A DNA stretch of 64,000 nt, from NCBI GenBank assembly GCA_963730935.1, contig CAVSTP010000002.1, positions 768,001 to 832,000 of the forward strand. The letters are read 5' to 3'. Under the pieces are notes generated by a model that was given only the letters and a program-made list of their open reading frames with translations, was not told where the DNA came from and ran no database searches. Numbering within the stretch: the first letter of the stretch is position 1; every line of letters begins with the position of its first letter. Source of the stretch: an uncultured Nitrospiraceae bacterium (GTDB lineage Bacteria; Nitrospirota; Nitrospiria; Nitrospirales; Nitrospiraceae). The translations under genes and the position numbers were made by a program. This document shows, in pieces, positions 10,420 through 19,393 of the stretch.

Positions 10420-10704
10420 ATGAGCTCCATGACCGTGCAGTCTGCGATTCAATTGCATTTAAGTCGGGAAGGGCCGTGCACTCTCGAGAGTCTGCTCACT
10501 CGCCTGTCTGAATTTTCTTGGAGCGAGATATTCAGCGTGGTGGATCAGCTCAGCCGAGAGGGGAGCCTGGTCCTTCGCCGTCCCGCCCGTTTTGGATATG
10601 AAGTGTCGATCAGCTCACCTCAGGTGGTGTCCGAATCTGCGCCGTCAAGCGCCACATTGGCCTGCAATCGCTCGAGTTGCATGGACGACTACTCGGCCTC
10701 CTAG
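10420..10704 (+). CDS. Hypothetical protein, possible winged helix
   Basis: SD AAAGGA before ATG10420; FSWSEIFSVVDQLSREG.L.L. Confidence 0.65.
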   Translation: MSSMTVQSAIQLHLSREGPCTLESLLTRLSEFSWSEIFSVVDQLSREGSLVLRRPARFGYEVSISSPQVVSESAPSSATLACNRSSCMDDYSAS

Positions 10705-10767
10705 GTCATAACACGGTTCATAAATAGAGACGGGGCGGCAGCAACCCTACTATTGAAGGTACATGTT

Positions 10768-11001
10768 ATGAGATTGGTCGTTATGTGTTGTCTCTGTGAG
10801 AACGTCTACGGTGACATGGAAAAGGAAGTGGGGAAGGCACGCTGGAAGGATCAGAACTGATTTATGGCCAAGTATCAGTTCAGACGAGCTGAGATTCGAG
10901 TTACCCACGGGTACTGCCCAGACTGTTTGCAGTCCTATCGAACCTTTCTGGCGTTACCGCAGGAACGCCGCCGTGCATCGCAGAAGGAAGGAAAGTCATG
11001 A
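10768..11001 (+). pseudogene. Small CCxC...HGYCPxC protein interrupted by an in-frame TGA (10858-10860)
   Basis: Manual translation MRLVVMCCLCENV...WKDQN*FMAKY...THGYCPDC...; final TGA overlaps the ATG of the next gene; similar to 12302-12550. Confidence 0.7.
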
Positions 11002-11996
11002 ACGTGGCGATGGAAGGATCTCCAAGACCCGGTCGAATCTGGTCAATCGTAGTAGGCGGCGGGGACGGCGGTCGCATGACAGACTTCATTCAGCGCTGGT
11101 TGGGATATCCCCGGCCGAAACAATACTGCACCTTTGTCGGAGACCGATCATTGTTCCAACACACATTGGACCGCGCTTCCGCCCTCAGCCGGCAGGAACA
11201 TCTCTTGGCTGTCGTGGCCCGGGAGCATGGTCAAGAGGCATGGTCCCAGTTGGAAGTGCGAGGCGCCGGGACGGTGCTGCTGCAGCCAAGAGAGCGTGAT
11301 TCAGCAGCCGGCATGTATCTGTCATTGACCTATCTGAGAGCGAAAGATTCTCAGGCGACGGTCGTGATCTATCCTTCCGATCATTTCGTGTGTCCGGAGA
11401 CGGGGTTCATGGTCTCCGTCCATCGGGCGCTGTGCGCACTCGAGTGGCTTCCCGATCGGTTCGTCGTCCTTGGCGTGCCTCCTGACCGGCTTGAGCTGGA
11501 CTATGGGTGGATTGTGCCTGGCGAAAAGATCGACCGCTCAGAAACGTATCGAATCCGCACTGTCAAGACCTTCGTAGGGAGACCGAGTGTCGCCGAGGCG
11601 GATGCGGCATTGGCCGGAGGCGCGTTGTGGAATACGTCTGTGATCGCCGCCAAGGCGGAGACGCTGTGGCACATGGGATGGCAGTGTTTTCCCGACCTCA
11701 TGCCGCGATTTGAACGGCTCAGCCGTTCGATCGGAACGTCGAAGGAAGCACAGATTCTCGACGAGATTTATCACAACATTCCCGCCTACGATCTGGCGTC
11801 GGAGCTGCTCCAGCGCGCGCCGGACCGCGCCGCTGTTCTGGAGATGCACGGGGTCCTTTGGAGTGATTGGGGAAAACCGACACGGATTATTGATTCGTTG
11901 CGCAGGATTGGGCGGGAACCAGCCTTTCCGTTGGAGTGTCTGGGGCGTCCGTACGATCGAATTCCACTGGTTGGGGAAGCGGTGGCCGAACTTTGA
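10998..11996 (+). CDS. Mannose-1-phosphate guanylyltransferase-like sugar-phosphate nucleotidyltransferase
   Basis: GGGDGGR, PKQY, PSDH, YGWI, WN, WSDWG; the usual EKP motif reads GRP. Confidence 0.8.
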   Translation: MNVAMEGSPRPGRIWSIVVGGGDGGRMTDFIQRWLGYPRPKQYCTFVGDRSLFQHTLDRASALSRQEHLLAVVAREHGQEAWSQLEVRGAGTVLLQPRERDSAAGMYLSLTYLRAKDSQATVVIYPSDHFVCPETGFMVSVHRALCALEWLPDRFVVLGVPPDRLELDYGWIVPGEKIDRSETYRIRTVKTFVGRPSVAEADAALAGGALWNTSVIAAKAETLWHMGWQCFPDLMPRFERLSRSIGTSKEAQILDEIYHNIPAYDLASELLQRAPDRAAVLEMHGVLWSDWGKPTRIIDSLRRIGREPAFPLECLGRPYDRIPLVGEAVAEL

Positions 11997-12016
11997 GCGA
12001 GAGGAGAAAAAAGACT

Positions 12017-12256
12017 ATGAAACAGCAGGCGAGATCACGCGAGCTCCGCACGGGCAAATCATCCAATGGTCTGGAGATAGCACACGCTTCTTCCGATCAT
12101 ATCTATGCGCGCGTCGCGGTATTGGCCTATTCCATGTACGAGCAGCGCGGGCGTCAAGACGGTCATGATGTCGAAGATTGGTTTCAGGCAGAGAAAACGA
12201 TTCTGGAGGAGATGGCATCGCAAGACACAGGAAGCAAAGCTCGTTCCGTTGTGTGA
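12017..12256 (+). CDS. DUF2934 protein
   Basis: LAY.MYEQRG...G.D.EDWFQAE; SD GAGGAG. Confidence 0.85.
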   Translation: MKQQARSRELRTGKSSNGLEIAHASSDHIYARVAVLAYSMYEQRGRQDGHDVEDWFQAEKTILEEMASQDTGSKARSVV

Positions 12257-12301
12257 TTGAAGAAGCGGCGATAGAAGCGAACAGGAAACGAGGAGAAGCG
12301 A

Positions 12302-12550
12302 ATGCTGCTGATGTGCTGTTTCTGCGACCAAGTACGCGACGAATCGATGGGTCACGGTCACTGGCGGGAACTGCACGTATATATGGGGTCCCGCTCCTCG
12401 AAGCGAGAGGACACCGTCCTGTCGTACATCTGTTGCCACAATTGCATGCAGGATGATCCACGGGCGATTGCGTTCCGAACAAGGCAGAGCGACTCAATCG
12501 AGTCCGATCTTCCAGCTAGGGCACGATCGAGGCGATCGATTGTGGCCTAA
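12302..12550 (+). CDS. Small Cys-rich protein (CCxC...CxxC)
   Basis: MCCFCDQVRD...W...SYICCHNC; SD GAGGAG. Confidence 0.75.
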   Translation: MLLMCCFCDQVRDESMGHGHWRELHVYMGSRSSKREDTVLSYICCHNCMQDDPRAIAFRTRQSDSIESDLPARARSRRSIVA

Positions 12551-12575
12551 CTGTTGTGCATGGCCAAAAGGAATC

Positions 12576-12971
12576 ATGACGATGTTACAGGATGATGACC
12601 ACAATGCCTCGGCCGCTGTCCCACGCACTGAAAGAGGACAGCTGAATTCAGGTATCGTGGTGTTCTCTTCGACCCGCAAGGCGTTATACGTGAACGAGGT
12701 AGGGCAGCAGCATCTGCTGCAATTGAATCGAAACGAGAACGGACATTCGGCCAATACTGCCATCCCCAGGTCGGTCGATCATCTCTTGGACGAGATGCTG
12801 TCCTTGCTCCAAGTTCGCGGTTCGGATCGGGGTTGGAAACAGTTGGAGGCCAGACGCCTGCTCGTGGCTCCAGATCGATCAGTGTTGGTCAGAACGTTCG
12901 GCATCTCTGATCGCTTGGACATCAAGCGATCATTAATCGTCCTCACGATTCAAGAAACCCACGCGTCTTGA
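12576..12971 (+). CDS. Hypothetical protein, PAS-like fragment
   Basis: GIVVF....LYVN pattern; SD AAGGA before ATG12576. Confidence 0.6.
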   Translation: MTMLQDDDHNASAAVPRTERGQLNSGIVVFSSTRKALYVNEVGQQHLLQLNRNENGHSANTAIPRSVDHLLDEMLSLLQVRGSDRGWKQLEARRLLVAPDRSVLVRTFGISDRLDIKRSLIVLTIQETHAS

Positions 12972-13056
12972 CCCGACTATTGGTAGACGCTTCAGCCTTC
13001 TGGCTCATCACCTGTCGAGACCAGCTTCACGCCGTTGCGAACGAGCTGAGTGAGGG

Positions 13057-13914
13057 TCAGCGGATCACGAGGACGGGGCAGGCGACATGATGCACGATCG
13101 CATGGGAGACGCTTCCGAGGAGAAACCGATCCAGCCCTTCCCGTCCATGCGACCCTACCACGACCAGGTCGAAATCTCTTGAGACATGTGAGATCACCGA
13201 GACCGGGTCACCCTTTATCACACGGCTTGAAGTCGTGAACTGCGGCGACGGCAGATGTTCTGCACAGGATCGAGCATACTCTTCGGCCTGACGTGCGACT
13301 TCCTCTGGCCAGGTCGCAAAGGCGGCCGCAGGCGATTCGTCGAACACAGGGAGAATCGGCACGGCCGTCAACACCATCGCTTCCATCGTCGTCCGGAATG
13401 GATGGCGGAGCAACCAATCACAGATCCGTGCCCCATCTGTCCGGCCTTCAATGGCGATCAGCACCCGCCGGACCCGCTTGGCTTCGCCTTTGACCAGCAA
13501 GGTCGGCTGGGTCGCATGCAATAGCACTCGATGCGACACACTGGTCAGCACGAGTTCGGCGACGCGCGAGTGGTCGTGGGTGCCGACCACGATGAGATCG
13601 GCCGATATGGAGGAGGCGGTGTCGAGCAGAAACCGTGCCGGCTTGCCGAAGTCGCAGAGTCGCCGGGGTTTTGGAACGTCTTCGGGCAGCATCGTCTCCG
13701 CCCGCTCCAGCGATTCGCAGCCGGCCTCGAACATCGATTTACGGAAGATGTCATAGCCCTGCAGGTTGGCGGCTTCCGCGACGATGGGATACTCGAACAG
13801 TCCGAGATCGACACCGTGGACCAGCGTGATTTCGTCGGGGCGGTAGAGCAGACCGAGCTGTTCGACGGCGGCAAACGCCGCATCCGACCAATCGATTCCG
13901 GCAACCACCTTCAT
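13057..13914 (-). CDS. Universal stress protein (tandem Usp domains)
   Basis: Two Usp domains; DLVVVGSHG...LLGSVS...CPVLVIR. Confidence 0.93.
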   Translation of the reverse strand: MKVVAGIDWSDAAFAAVEQLGLLYRPDEITLVHGVDLGLFEYPIVAEAANLQGYDIFRKSMFEAGCESLERAETMLPEDVPKPRRLCDFGKPARFLLDTASSISADLIVVGTHDHSRVAELVLTSVSHRVLLHATQPTLLVKGEAKRVRRVLIAIEGRTDGARICDWLLRHPFRTTMEAMVLTAVPILPVFDESPAAAFATWPEEVARQAEEYARSCAEHLPSPQFTTSSRVIKGDPVSVISHVSRDFDLVVVGSHGREGLDRFLLGSVSHAIVHHVACPVLVIR

Positions 13915-13954
13915 GCGTCACTCACGTCGTCGGTCTCTTCTCACCGGGAAGACA

Positions 13955-14605
13955 CTACGCAGCCCGCGATTGTTTCGCGGCCTTCAGGTAATCGAGCACC
14001 TCGGCGTCGTCCATTTGTGGGAAGGAATGGTAATGGTGGCCGACCGCGATGAAGGGCTCAGGCGTGGCCAAGACGACGAGGTCGTCGACCCGGCTCCGCA
14101 AAGGAGAGACGTTTTCTTGGGGTGCGACGGGAATGGCGGCCACCAGGCGTCGAGGGGACAACTCTGAGATGGCCTCAAGCGTTGCGAAGAAGGTCGCCCC
14201 GGTCGCCATCCCGTCATCGACGAGGATGACGGTCCGTCCCGCGACCTCGGCGAGCGGCAATCCGTTCCGGTAGAGTCGTTGGCGCCGGGAAATTTCCTCG
14301 TGGGCAGCTCCGACCAAGGCGTCGAGCTCGGCACGTGAAAGGTGGAACGCCTGAACGGCATCCGGATTGAGATATACGGCCCCGGTTTCACTCAGCGCGC
14401 CGATCGCATACTCAGGGTTGCCCGGCGCGCCCAATTTCCTCGTGACAAAGACATCCAGCGGCAGACGTAGCGCGAGGCTGAGGTCGTAGCCAACGGCGAC
14501 TCCACCGCGAGGCAGGGCCAAAATGAGTCCGCTGGGATCGTCTCGATAGGCTTCGAGCTTCGCTGCCAACAGACTGCCCGCTTCTTCCCGATCATGGAAG
14601 ATCAC
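13955..14605 (-). CDS. Phosphoribosyltransferase family protein
   Basis: F.DR.EAG, LPRGGV, RKLGAP, VILVDDGMATG; GTG14605 with SD GAGGAG. Confidence 0.9.
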   Translation of the reverse strand: MIFHDREEAGSLLAAKLEAYRDDPSGLILALPRGGVAVGYDLSLALRLPLDVFVTRKLGAPGNPEYAIGALSETGAVYLNPDAVQAFHLSRAELDALVGAAHEEISRRQRLYRNGLPLAEVAGRTVILVDDGMATGATFFATLEAISELSPRRLVAAIPVAPQENVSPLRSRVDDLVVLATPEPFIAVGHHYHSFPQMDDAEVLDYLKAAKQSRAA

Positions 14606-14708
14606 CGAGCTCCTCACCACGATCGCACGGTTGCAACAACAGAGCAATTAGGGTGCGTGTTGGATCAGTTGCGAGGCTGTCTCAAGCGTCGGCCGTCGGG
14701 TCACTGAC

Positions 14709-15221
14709 TCACATGGCATTTGACACGAAGGTGTTTCGCCGAGGTGTCGTTTGCACGGGGGCCATGTGGACATGCTTCGGGCCGTACGTACACATCGCGA
14801 ACACGATGCTGCGGAACAGAAGATCTGCCGCGTCCTCCATGCGGATGAAGGCTACGGCACCGGCTGCGATCATCGCGTTATACAGATAGGGCGTGTACTC
14901 AGCCGACGTGCCGAGGATTACCACTTGTGGGAGAAGCTTCTTGATCCGACGAATAGTGTCAACGCTGTTGGGCAGGTGGGTATCCATCAGCATGAGATCG
15001 ACTGGAATCGTCTTGAGCTGTTCAATCGCCTGGTCGCCATCCGATGCTTCCCCGACCACTTCGACAAGATCCGAATAGCCGTCGAGAATCACACGGATCA
15101 TTTCACGAATGGACGTGTGAGGGTTGACGATTAGTACGCGCCATCGCAAGCCGGCTTCAGTCGTCTTCGACACCGATGAGGGATGGTGTTCAAAGGGTTT
15201 TGTCGACTTAAATGTCAGCAT
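14709..15221 (-). CDS. Receiver-domain protein (atypical acidic pocket)
   Basis: VVGEASDG.QAI, DLMLMD; VNPH replaces the usual VDDH; SD GAGGAGG. Confidence 0.8.
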   Translation of the reverse strand: MLTFKSTKPFEHHPSSVSKTTEAGLRWRVLIVNPHTSIREMIRVILDGYSDLVEVVGEASDGDQAIEQLKTIPVDLMLMDTHLPNSVDTIRRIKKLLPQVVILGTSAEYTPYLYNAMIAAGAVAFIRMEDAADLLFRSIVFAMCTYGPKHVHMAPVQTTPRRNTFVSNAM

Positions 15222-15291
15222 GACAAGCCCTCCTCGTCTCTCTCAATGTGACTGGATTCCGTGTACGTAGCGCTTTACGGAAGTTTTCAAA

Positions 15292-15340
15292 ACTAGGGAG
15301 GTCCCTAGTCTGCAGAAACACCATGTTAATCAAGTTGTTA
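15292..15340. promoter_or_regulatory. Inverted repeat plus IHF consensus site
   Basis: ACTAGGGA-GG-TCCCTAGT (15292-15309) and AATCAAGTTGTTA (15328-15340), which matches WATCAANNNNTTR. Confidence 0.5.
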
Positions 15341-15552
15341 AAGGGCTCTTTGACCAAACTTTGACCCAATAGGCCGTCGGCTGATACACTGAGCAACCGT
15401 ACGAGCTACATCCCGCTACCTCGCGCCCCTACCTTCCTATTCCTTGTGTTGCGCGAACCCTTTCGACGTTGCTCTTACGCGGTGCTCTTGTGCCTGTTCG
15501 TCTGGACCCTGCGAGCGTGAAGTACGACAGGAAACTTATGAAGGGAGTACCG

Positions 15553-15780
15553 ATGAAAATGTCCCATGGCTGGAAGTCAAACAGCAGAAAGAAAAAAACC
15601 AAACCGACCTACAAGATTCGTTGGGAGGCATTGGGATTGTCACGGCCGGATCGAACCCAAGCTTCGATCGAGGACATCAGAAGCGAAGTCTCGATGTTAG
15701 CCACTCAAGGATTGAGCGAAAGGATTCAGACGCCATCCGCGAGGACCACCGTCCATAGACCTGGGCACAAACGAAAGTAG
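15553..15780 (+). CDS. Small basic hypothetical protein
   Basis: SD AAGGGAG before ATG15553; Lys/Arg-rich. Confidence 0.5.
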   Translation: MKMSHGWKSNSRKKKTKPTYKIRWEALGLSRPDRTQASIEDIRSEVSMLATQGLSERIQTPSARTTVHRPGHKRK

Positions 15781-15810
15781 CAACTGGTTCCTTTCGAGAA
15801 GGAGGACACC

Positions 15811-15999
15811 ATCGCACGAGCAGGAAAGACAACGCTAGCCAAACGCGACCGCGAAAAGAAGCTCCAACAGCAGCGGAAGGAAAAAGAAGCCAAACGTGTT
15901 CTCCGTAAGGCGGAAAAACCCTCGCGGGGCACCACTGCCGAAGGAGAAGATCCGGATCTGGCCGGGCTGCAATGGGGACCGCAGCCCCCAGCGTACTAA
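15811..15999 (+). CDS. Small basic protein (KRxRE...EDPDLAG..GPQP), apparent ATC start
   Basis: AAGGAGG 5 nt before ATC15811; 62-codon open frame ending at TAA; absent from the ORF track. Confidence 0.7.
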   Translation: MARAGKTTLAKRDREKKLQQQRKEKEAKRVLRKAEKPSRGTTAEGEDPDLAGLQWGPQPPAY

Positions 16000-16113
16000 A
16001 CGTGGTCAATGAGAGACGATTCGCAGCGCCTCCCGGTCGGTTCCAGTTACCGATACGTGACTGAAACACGCGCAAAATAGCACGTATTTTCGATCGGTCT
16101 TAAGGAATCTCTC

Positions 16114-16142
16114 TTGCGTGCGTGCTCCGTGCCTTTTACAAT
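16114..16142 (+). promoter_or_regulatory. Sigma70-type promoter
   Basis: TTGCGT-N17-TACAAT upstream of ATG16164. Confidence 0.6.
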
Positions 16143-16163
16143 CGCCTCGGCTGAGAGGCGTTC

Positions 16164-17636
16164 ATGCCGTCAGGCTTCCCCCGTCCGTCAGCGATCTTCA
16201 CCACAACATCCATTGCGTCTCTGTTTCTCGGTTTCTTTATACTGGCTGGTGGCTGCGAGAGCGGCCCTGAGCTGGCGCTGCCACCGCCGCCCTCGGGGTT
16301 TGTCGGACCTGCCAATAGAGACAAGGTCCTCATCTTCATCCACGGGGTCACAGCCAGTAACGAGAAGAGCTGGAGAAATCCGTCGACGGGAGCCTATTGG
16401 CCGGAATTGATTCAGGCCGATCCTGACTTTAAGGAGTACGGCACCTATCTTCTCGGATATTACTCACCCAAATTCTCCAAGGCATCGACAATCGCCGAAA
16501 TTGCCAACCGCGAACTGCAGCGGCTCAAAGACGAGGGGCTACTCGCGCCAGACAAACACGTGGTCATTGTCGCTCACAGCATGGGCGGCCTCGTCGCCAA
16601 GGAAATGTTGACACAGTTGAACCGGCCGAACCGCAAAGAACTCGAAAGACTGGATCGAGTCAAGGGCATCATTTTCCTGTCCTCGCCAGCTCAAGGCGCC
16701 GACTTGGGGGAATATGCGTCGTGGATCAGCATGAATCCACAGTTTGGAAACATGCAGCCGGCCGATCTAAACGCCTTTCTCCAACGGCTCGAAGACAATT
16801 GGCAAAACCTGCTGCGCGATCGTGACATGCTGGGCCTCACGGCCCCCAGGTCCTTTTGTGCGTACGAAACGCTACCGACCAGAGGCATGATGGTCGTCAG
16901 TCGCGTCTATGCGGCGAGCCGCTGCGATGCGAACCCGACGCCCTTCGATCTCAATCATCAGGACATTGCACATCCGGCGAGCGCCGCACACGATCCGTAC
17001 ACCTGGGTGAAAGCGCGCATTCGTGACGCCATGTTGGACAAGGATCTCAGCCGGTATGCCCTGCTGACTCGAGCCAAAGCCACGCCGGTTGCGGACAACC
17101 TTCCGCCACCATCCATCTATAAGCCGTTGGTCCTGGCAGCGACGGAACCTGGAATGGTCGGCAAGGAATCGCTGGACACACTGTACCGAGTCATCATTCC
17201 CCGGTTGCAACAGGGCGAACGGATTACGAGCCTCACCTTCGACAGCCAGCCGGGAAAGGAACTCTTTTTTGACTTCGCGATCGCAGAATATCTTAAAGCG
17301 CTCACGGTGAAGGATTCATTCCGCTACATCGTCTTCTTGGAAGAAGGACAATATCGAGGCTGGATGTCGGTTCAGCGGTTCCAAACGATCTTTCATCAGA
17401 ATGGCTATGGCATCACCAAATTGATCAATCAAGGCAACTATGCCGAGCTACGAAAGGCCGGGATGCACGTGGGAAAAATTGCAAGCACGGCGACGGCCTA
17501 TGAGGCATTGGAACAATTGAATAAGACCAACGACGAAGGCATCGCCGTGCTCACGCCGACAGGCGCCCTCGTGGGCATTGCCAGTCTCCAAGCCATTCAA
17601 TCAGAGCTTCGGGCGCAGGCCGGTAAGCCGATCTAG
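16164..17636 (+). CDS. Exported alpha/beta hydrolase (PGAP1/DUF676-like lipase) with C-terminal CBS-like domain
   Basis: Lipobox-like LAGGC; IFIHG, AHSMGG nucleophile, NH catalytic His; C-terminal EALEQL...IAVL...G.LVGI. Confidence 0.8.
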   Translation: MPSGFPRPSAIFTTTSIASLFLGFFILAGGCESGPELALPPPPSGFVGPANRDKVLIFIHGVTASNEKSWRNPSTGAYWPELIQADPDFKEYGTYLLGYYSPKFSKASTIAEIANRELQRLKDEGLLAPDKHVVIVAHSMGGLVAKEMLTQLNRPNRKELERLDRVKGIIFLSSPAQGADLGEYASWISMNPQFGNMQPADLNAFLQRLEDNWQNLLRDRDMLGLTAPRSFCAYETLPTRGMMVVSRVYAASRCDANPTPFDLNHQDIAHPASAAHDPYTWVKARIRDAMLDKDLSRYALLTRAKATPVADNLPPPSIYKPLVLAATEPGMVGKESLDTLYRVIIPRLQQGERITSLTFDSQPGKELFFDFAIAEYLKALTVKDSFRYIVFLEEGQYRGWMSVQRFQTIFHQNGYGITKLINQGNYAELRKAGMHVGKIASTATAYEALEQLNKTNDEGIAVLTPTGALVGIASLQAIQSELRAQAGKPI

Positions 17637-17653
17637 GCGGAAAAGCGCGCATC

Positions 17654-18961
17654 ATGAGACGGATCCTTCATCTTCTCCGCCCACAGTGTTGGATCGTGTT
17701 TGTACTCCTGATAATCGGGGGTTGTGCTGTGTTGCCCGGCCACTGGCGGCCTGGTTGGAACAAAGAGTGGACCAGCAAGGAGCCTGTGCCCCAGACCGCC
17801 GGCTCGTGGAACTTGACCGAGCTCGAAACGAAGGACAATCGCTTTCTCGCGCTTGCCATCTCCGGGGGAGGAAGCCGCGCTGCGAACTTTGGCTCCGCCG
17901 TCATGCTTGAATTGCAACAACGTAAGGTGCTCGAACAGGTCGATGTGATTTCCGGCGTGTCGGGCGGAACGCTTCCGGCTGTCTACTATGGGCTGGGCGA
18001 CAAAGCGGGCGCCTTCACCGAGCCAGCCCTCCGAAAGTCGTTGGGGTTTGACTTTCAGGGTAGTTGGATCTGGCGATGGTTCCTTCCGCACAACATCTTC
18101 CGTTATTGGCTTTCGGACTTTACTCGTTCCGATATCATGGTGCAGGTGTTCAACAATGAGCTGTATCATGACGCGACCTTTGCGGATCTTCAGTCACATC
18201 CGAAAATTCTGCTCAATTCGACGGTCCACAACGATCATACCCGTTTCACGTTCACGGACGAGCGTTTTGCCCGGCTCCATTCCGCGCTAGCGTTCTACCC
18301 GGTCGCCAATGCGGTCAACGCCTCCTCGGCATTTCCCGGTGCGTTCCAGGACGTGACGCTTGAGTGGTACATCAACCCTCGGCAATACGTGCATCTCTAC
18401 GACGGAGGCCCGATCGACAACCTGGGTGTCCAGGCCCTCACCGAATACATCAATCGCAATATTCTTGGGAAGTCATTGAAGCGGCTCTTTCCCAACGGAT
18501 GTCTGATCATCATCATCGATGCCACTCCGGCCAGCGAGCACCCCGAGCTGAACACAGGACGGTCCAGCCGCTCGTTCATCGATTACTTCGTCGATACCAA
18601 TGCCTTGGATGCAATGGATGCCATGTTGCTGGAATCCAGGCGCTCGCTGCTCACAGGGATGGGGATTCCTGTCGACCGGCAGGATCAAGAGATGCGCGGC
18701 CGGTTGCCGGTCAACGACCGCGATCAATGCGGCTGCGAAGTGCGCCACATTGCTCTTCGACAGCTCATGTATGCGGGGGAGGAGACGGAGGGTCTGGCCG
18801 AGCGCGTCACGCAGATCAAGACCAAATTCTGGATCGGCGAGGACGAGCAGAATGATTTGTTCACCGCTGCCAAGCTGCTCATGAAACGAGTCGATGAGAA
18901 AAAGCTGCTCACGGAAGAGTCGTTGAAGTTGTCTTGCGCGGTTGAGAAAGATGGGAAATAG
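17654..18961 (+). CDS. Patatin-like phospholipase (lipoprotein)
   Basis: SGGGSRAA, SGVSGG, ASSAFPG, DGG; lipobox IIGGC. Confidence 0.88.
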   Translation: MRRILHLLRPQCWIVFVLLIIGGCAVLPGHWRPGWNKEWTSKEPVPQTAGSWNLTELETKDNRFLALAISGGGSRAANFGSAVMLELQQRKVLEQVDVISGVSGGTLPAVYYGLGDKAGAFTEPALRKSLGFDFQGSWIWRWFLPHNIFRYWLSDFTRSDIMVQVFNNELYHDATFADLQSHPKILLNSTVHNDHTRFTFTDERFARLHSALAFYPVANAVNASSAFPGAFQDVTLEWYINPRQYVHLYDGGPIDNLGVQALTEYINRNILGKSLKRLFPNGCLIIIIDATPASEHPELNTGRSSRSFIDYFVDTNALDAMDAMLLESRRSLLTGMGIPVDRQDQEMRGRLPVNDRDQCGCEVRHIALRQLMYAGEETEGLAERVTQIKTKFWIGEDEQNDLFTAAKLLMKRVDEKKLLTEESLKLSCAVEKDGK

Positions 18962-19393
18962 GATGTGATGCCCGCCTGCTCCAGTGCCTCAACCCACCGT
19001 ACTATGCTTCGCATCTGCTCGGTTCCCGCAACTTGGTCCGTTTTTGCTTCGCATGAACGGACCGTCGAACAGCGCTCGGCGTCGTGGAGTACGACCGCAT
19101 CTTGCTTAGCAAGTGCAGTACCGCGCTTCGGTACAAGTCACGCGCTTGGCACCCCATCCTCTTTCACGTGGGTGGGGATGGAAAAGCTCGGAGCGAGTGT
19201 CGGCACGGTTCCTGTCGCCGACCACCCCCAGCCGACTGTGCATCCGCTTAACAAGGTCTCGTTGATCGGTGCTACGCGGCCTTTGCGGTTCGACCGGCTT
19301 GATGTTCGCCGGAGAGCGCCAGCATTTCACGATTGAAGGCTGGCAGCTCGGCCGGCTCAAGGCTGCTCACCCGATTGCGATCCCGGCTCCCTG

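Noticed and set aside
15469..15999. TAG readthrough (pyrrolysine) fusing the two in-frame small ORFs
   Set aside because: A strong SD directly before ATC15811 supports independent initiation; no pyl genes in the window
16164..18961. CBASS-type system with a patatin (CapV-like) effector
   Set aside because: No CD-NTase or Cap2/Cap3 nearby, and both proteins have export signals
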